A stretch of DNA of 64,000 nt from Octopus sinensis (Eukaryota): NCBI RefSeq assembly GCF_006345805.1, contig NC_043011.1, positions 33,244,464 through 33,308,463 on the forward strand, written 5' to 3'. The notes below the pieces were generated by a model. It saw nothing but the letters and a program-made list of their open reading frames with translations. It had not been told where the DNA came from and searched no databases. Positions within the stretch are counted from its first letter, which is position 1; the number at the start of each line of letters is the position of its first letter. Positions 61,201 through 64,000 of the stretch are shown piece by piece. A program made the position numbers and the translations under genes.

Positions 61201-61890
61201 TCATCATCGTTTAACGTCTGCTTTCAATGCTAGCATGGGTTGGACGAGTTAACTGAGGACTGGCGAACCAGATGGCTGCACCAGGCTCCAATGTTGATCT
61301 GGCAGAGTTTCTACAGCTGGATACCCTTCCTAACACCAACCACTCCGAGAGTGTAGTGGGTGCTTTTACGTGCCACCATTACGAGGGCCAGTCAGGTGGT
61401 ACTGGCAATGACCACACTCAAATGGTGTTTTTTATGTGCCACCTGCACAGGAGCCAGTCCAGCGGCACTGGCAACAACCTCACTTGAATGTTTTTTCACA
61501 TGCCACTAGCACAAGTGCCAGTAAGGCGAAGCTGGTAGCAATCACGCTCGAATGGTGCATTTTACATGCCACCGGCATGGAAGCCAGTTAGCTGCTCTGG
61601 CAATGATCACGCTCGGATGGTGCTCTTAGCGCTCCACTAGCACGGATGCCAGTCATCGAATTTGATTTCGATTTCACTTGCCTCAACAGGTCTTTGCAAG
61701 CAGAGTTTAGTGTCCAATGAAGGAAAGTTATGCATAAGTAAGCTGGTTATGCCCCTGGCATAGGCCACGAGGTTATGGTCTCAAATGGCTTGCTGGGTCT
61801 TCTCAAGCACAGCATATTTCCAAAGGTCTCGGTCACTAGTCATTGCCTCGGTGAGGCCCAATGTTTGAAGGTCATGCCTCACCACCTCAT
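61201..61890 (-). mobile_element. RTE-type LINE 3' end (ORF2 C-terminus plus 3' UTR with tandem sub-repeats)
   Basis: Minus-strand translation EVVRHDLQTLGLTEAMTSDRDLWKYAVLEK; 3' UTR ends ...GCAGACGTTAAACGATGATG. Confidence 0.85.
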
Positions 61891-62152
61891 ATGTTAAAGC
61901 TATTATGTCTCTGTATTGTAAAAGGAAAATATACAAGCAACAGGAAATATATGCTATTGATATACTAGTAAAACATTTTGGTTAACCCTTTTGTTGCCGT
62001 TCTTCTATTGAAATGCACTGCCTTGGTTTCATTTAATTTAGAAAATAATAGAAAGAGAATTTAGCAAAATAACTTTACCATAATTAATCTGCTACTTGGA
62101 ACATAAATTAACATGGAATTTTGATGGTAGGGTTTAACTTAGATCACTTCAA

Positions 62153-62576
62153 CCTTTTAGCATTTAGATTGCTCTGACAAATGTAATCCTTATTCATTCA
62201 CATTGTTTTGACTTAATCATGCATAATCCTTCAAGATTTCAATGATGCGATTGTTTAATTTTAGAATGTCATTGTAGGGTAGGTGTGAAAGGCTAGATCT
62301 GGTCAGTTTAAACATAAAATAGGTAGAATATTCAGGCTGGATGTGACCCGTTTAAATGTTAAAGGTTTGACTCTTTAGCATAGAGATTACTCTATCAAAT
62401 GTAATGCTTATTTATTGAATCTATCATTATTGTATAGCTTCAAGATTTCAATGATGTAATTTTATATTTAAACAATGACATTGTATGTTAGGTTTGAGAG
62501 GCCAGTTCTGGTCAGTTTGAATTTAAAACAAGTAGAATATTTGGGCCAGATATGACTGATTTAATTGCTAAAGAGT
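62153..62576 (+). mobile_element. Tandem dimer of piggyBac-type MITEs
   Basis: Two copies (62153-62366 and 62371-62576) share a central TTGA (decayed TTAA); terminal TTAA at 62577-62580. Confidence 0.78.
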
Positions 62577-63319
62577 TAAAACAGAAAATTTGTATGATAG
62601 AACCAGAAGTGGAAGTGGTCCAGTGGGTTTGTATTAAGCAAGTTAATTATGTGAAAATGTTAAGACCTTGATTTTTTTTTTGTTTAAATTTTAGACTTTT
62701 TGAGTCAAAATTGGGTTGTGTCTTTAAAATCAAGCGTCCACTATACTGCAGAGTAGGGTTCATAAACTATGTTGATCTTAATTTGTAGTTTTGGGTTGGT
62801 TTTGCTTCTTGTTAAAACAGAGCTCTGACAGCTAACACATGTCAAGATACCTCCAACAAACTAATGGGGTTGGTTTCATAACATAGTCTTGTTGTGTAGC
62901 AAAAGATTTGGTGTTAGCAAACAGTCAAAAGCCTAGATTGATATTTATTCACATTTTAAACACCCCCATACACTGGGATTTAAATAAATAGATAAATAAA
63001 TATATGATTACAACATTCCATTTTTCCAAGAGCCATGAGAATGAATAATCAAGAACAGCTTGGGAATTGCGAAGAAACCAACTGTTTTGATTGACATTGT
63101 AGGGCTTTAACATTTCTGCATAAAGAGACTTGAATCTGTGAGAGAATCTACGATTTATTAATTCATTTAATTTATACAGTTGTTGCTGTTATTGCTGCAG
63201 TTGCCATTTGCAGTAATTACTTTTATGCAATACAATACACCAGCATATGAGTTTGAATTTAGAAATGAGAATGGAGTGGAGAAAAATATAAAAAAAAATA
63301 AAAGAAACTCAATGTGGAT

Positions 63320-63652
63320 AGGTGCAGATGTGGCTATGTTGAAATAAGTTTACAGGGTTCTGGGTTCAATTCCACTGCATCGCACCTTGGGTGTCTTCTA
63401 CTATAACCTCAGTCCAACCAAAGCCTTTTGAGTGGATTTGGTAGATGGAAACTGAAAGAAGTCCATCAAGTGTATAAATGTAGGAGGCGTAGGAGTGGCT
63501 ATGTGGTAAGTAGCTTGCTTACGAACCACATGGTTTCGGGTTCAGTCCCACTGCATGGCACCTTGGACAAGTGTCTTCTACTATAGCCTTGGGCCGACCA
63601 AAGCCTTGTGAGTGGATTTGGTAGACGGAAACTGAAAGAAGCTCATCGTATA

Positions 63653-63693
<41 letters not shown>

Positions 63694-64000
63694 ATATGTT
63701 TGTGTCTGTATTTGTCCCCCCAACATCACTTGACAACCTATGCTGGTGTGTTTCCATCCCCGTAACTTAGTGGTTTGGCAAAAGTGATCAATAGAATAAG
63801 TACTAGGCTTACAAAGAATAAGTCCTGGGGTCGATTTGATCGACTAAAGGTGGTGCTCCAGCATGGCCACCGTCAAATGACTGAAACAAGTAAAAGAGTA
63901 TGTGTGCATGTGTCTTTGTCCCCCACCACCACTTGACAACTTTTGTTGGTTTGTTTACATCCCCATAACTTATTGATTCAGCAAAAGAGACTGATGGAAT
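63320..64000 (+). mobile_element. SINE family A array: 5' half, full copy (63486-63900) and a partial 3' half
   Basis: Homology to 6921-7313. Confidence 0.88.

Noticed and set aside
1-64000. CRISPR arrays, rRNA genes, prokaryotic or viral genes
   Set aside because: No repeat-spacer arrays, rRNA motifs or dense coding regions; all regularly spaced repeats are SINE units or mini- and microsatellites.

Overview
AT-rich, repeat-dense eukaryotic DNA, most likely an Octopus/coleoid cephalopod genome. That assignment is inferred from my recognition of the SINE repertoire and the microsatellite load. No intact host protein-coding gene is recognisable, and most ORF-track entries are microsatellite or repeat read-throughs. 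The window contains: (i) decayed LINEs (CR1-type at 3.0-5.6 kb, R4/Dong-type at 41.4-42.4 kb, several RTE pieces); (ii) dozens of copies of at least four tRNA-derived SINE families; (iii) four Tc1/mariner relics; (iv) hAT-, piggyBac-, Merlin- and Helitron-type non-autonomous elements; (v) a near full-length U2 snRNA pseudogene; (vi) two promoter-like islands and a sharp CpG-rich to CpG-depleted transition near 25.4 kb. The most striking signal is about ten minimal type-I hammerhead-ribozyme (HHR)-like motifs from at least five unrelated short element families. Several are built as fold-backs with ribozyme parts on both strands, and many sit in (TA)n microsatellites. This suggests a diverse population of Penelope-derived or retrozyme-like self-cleaving elements. 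All structure calls were made by eye and many boundaries are approximate.
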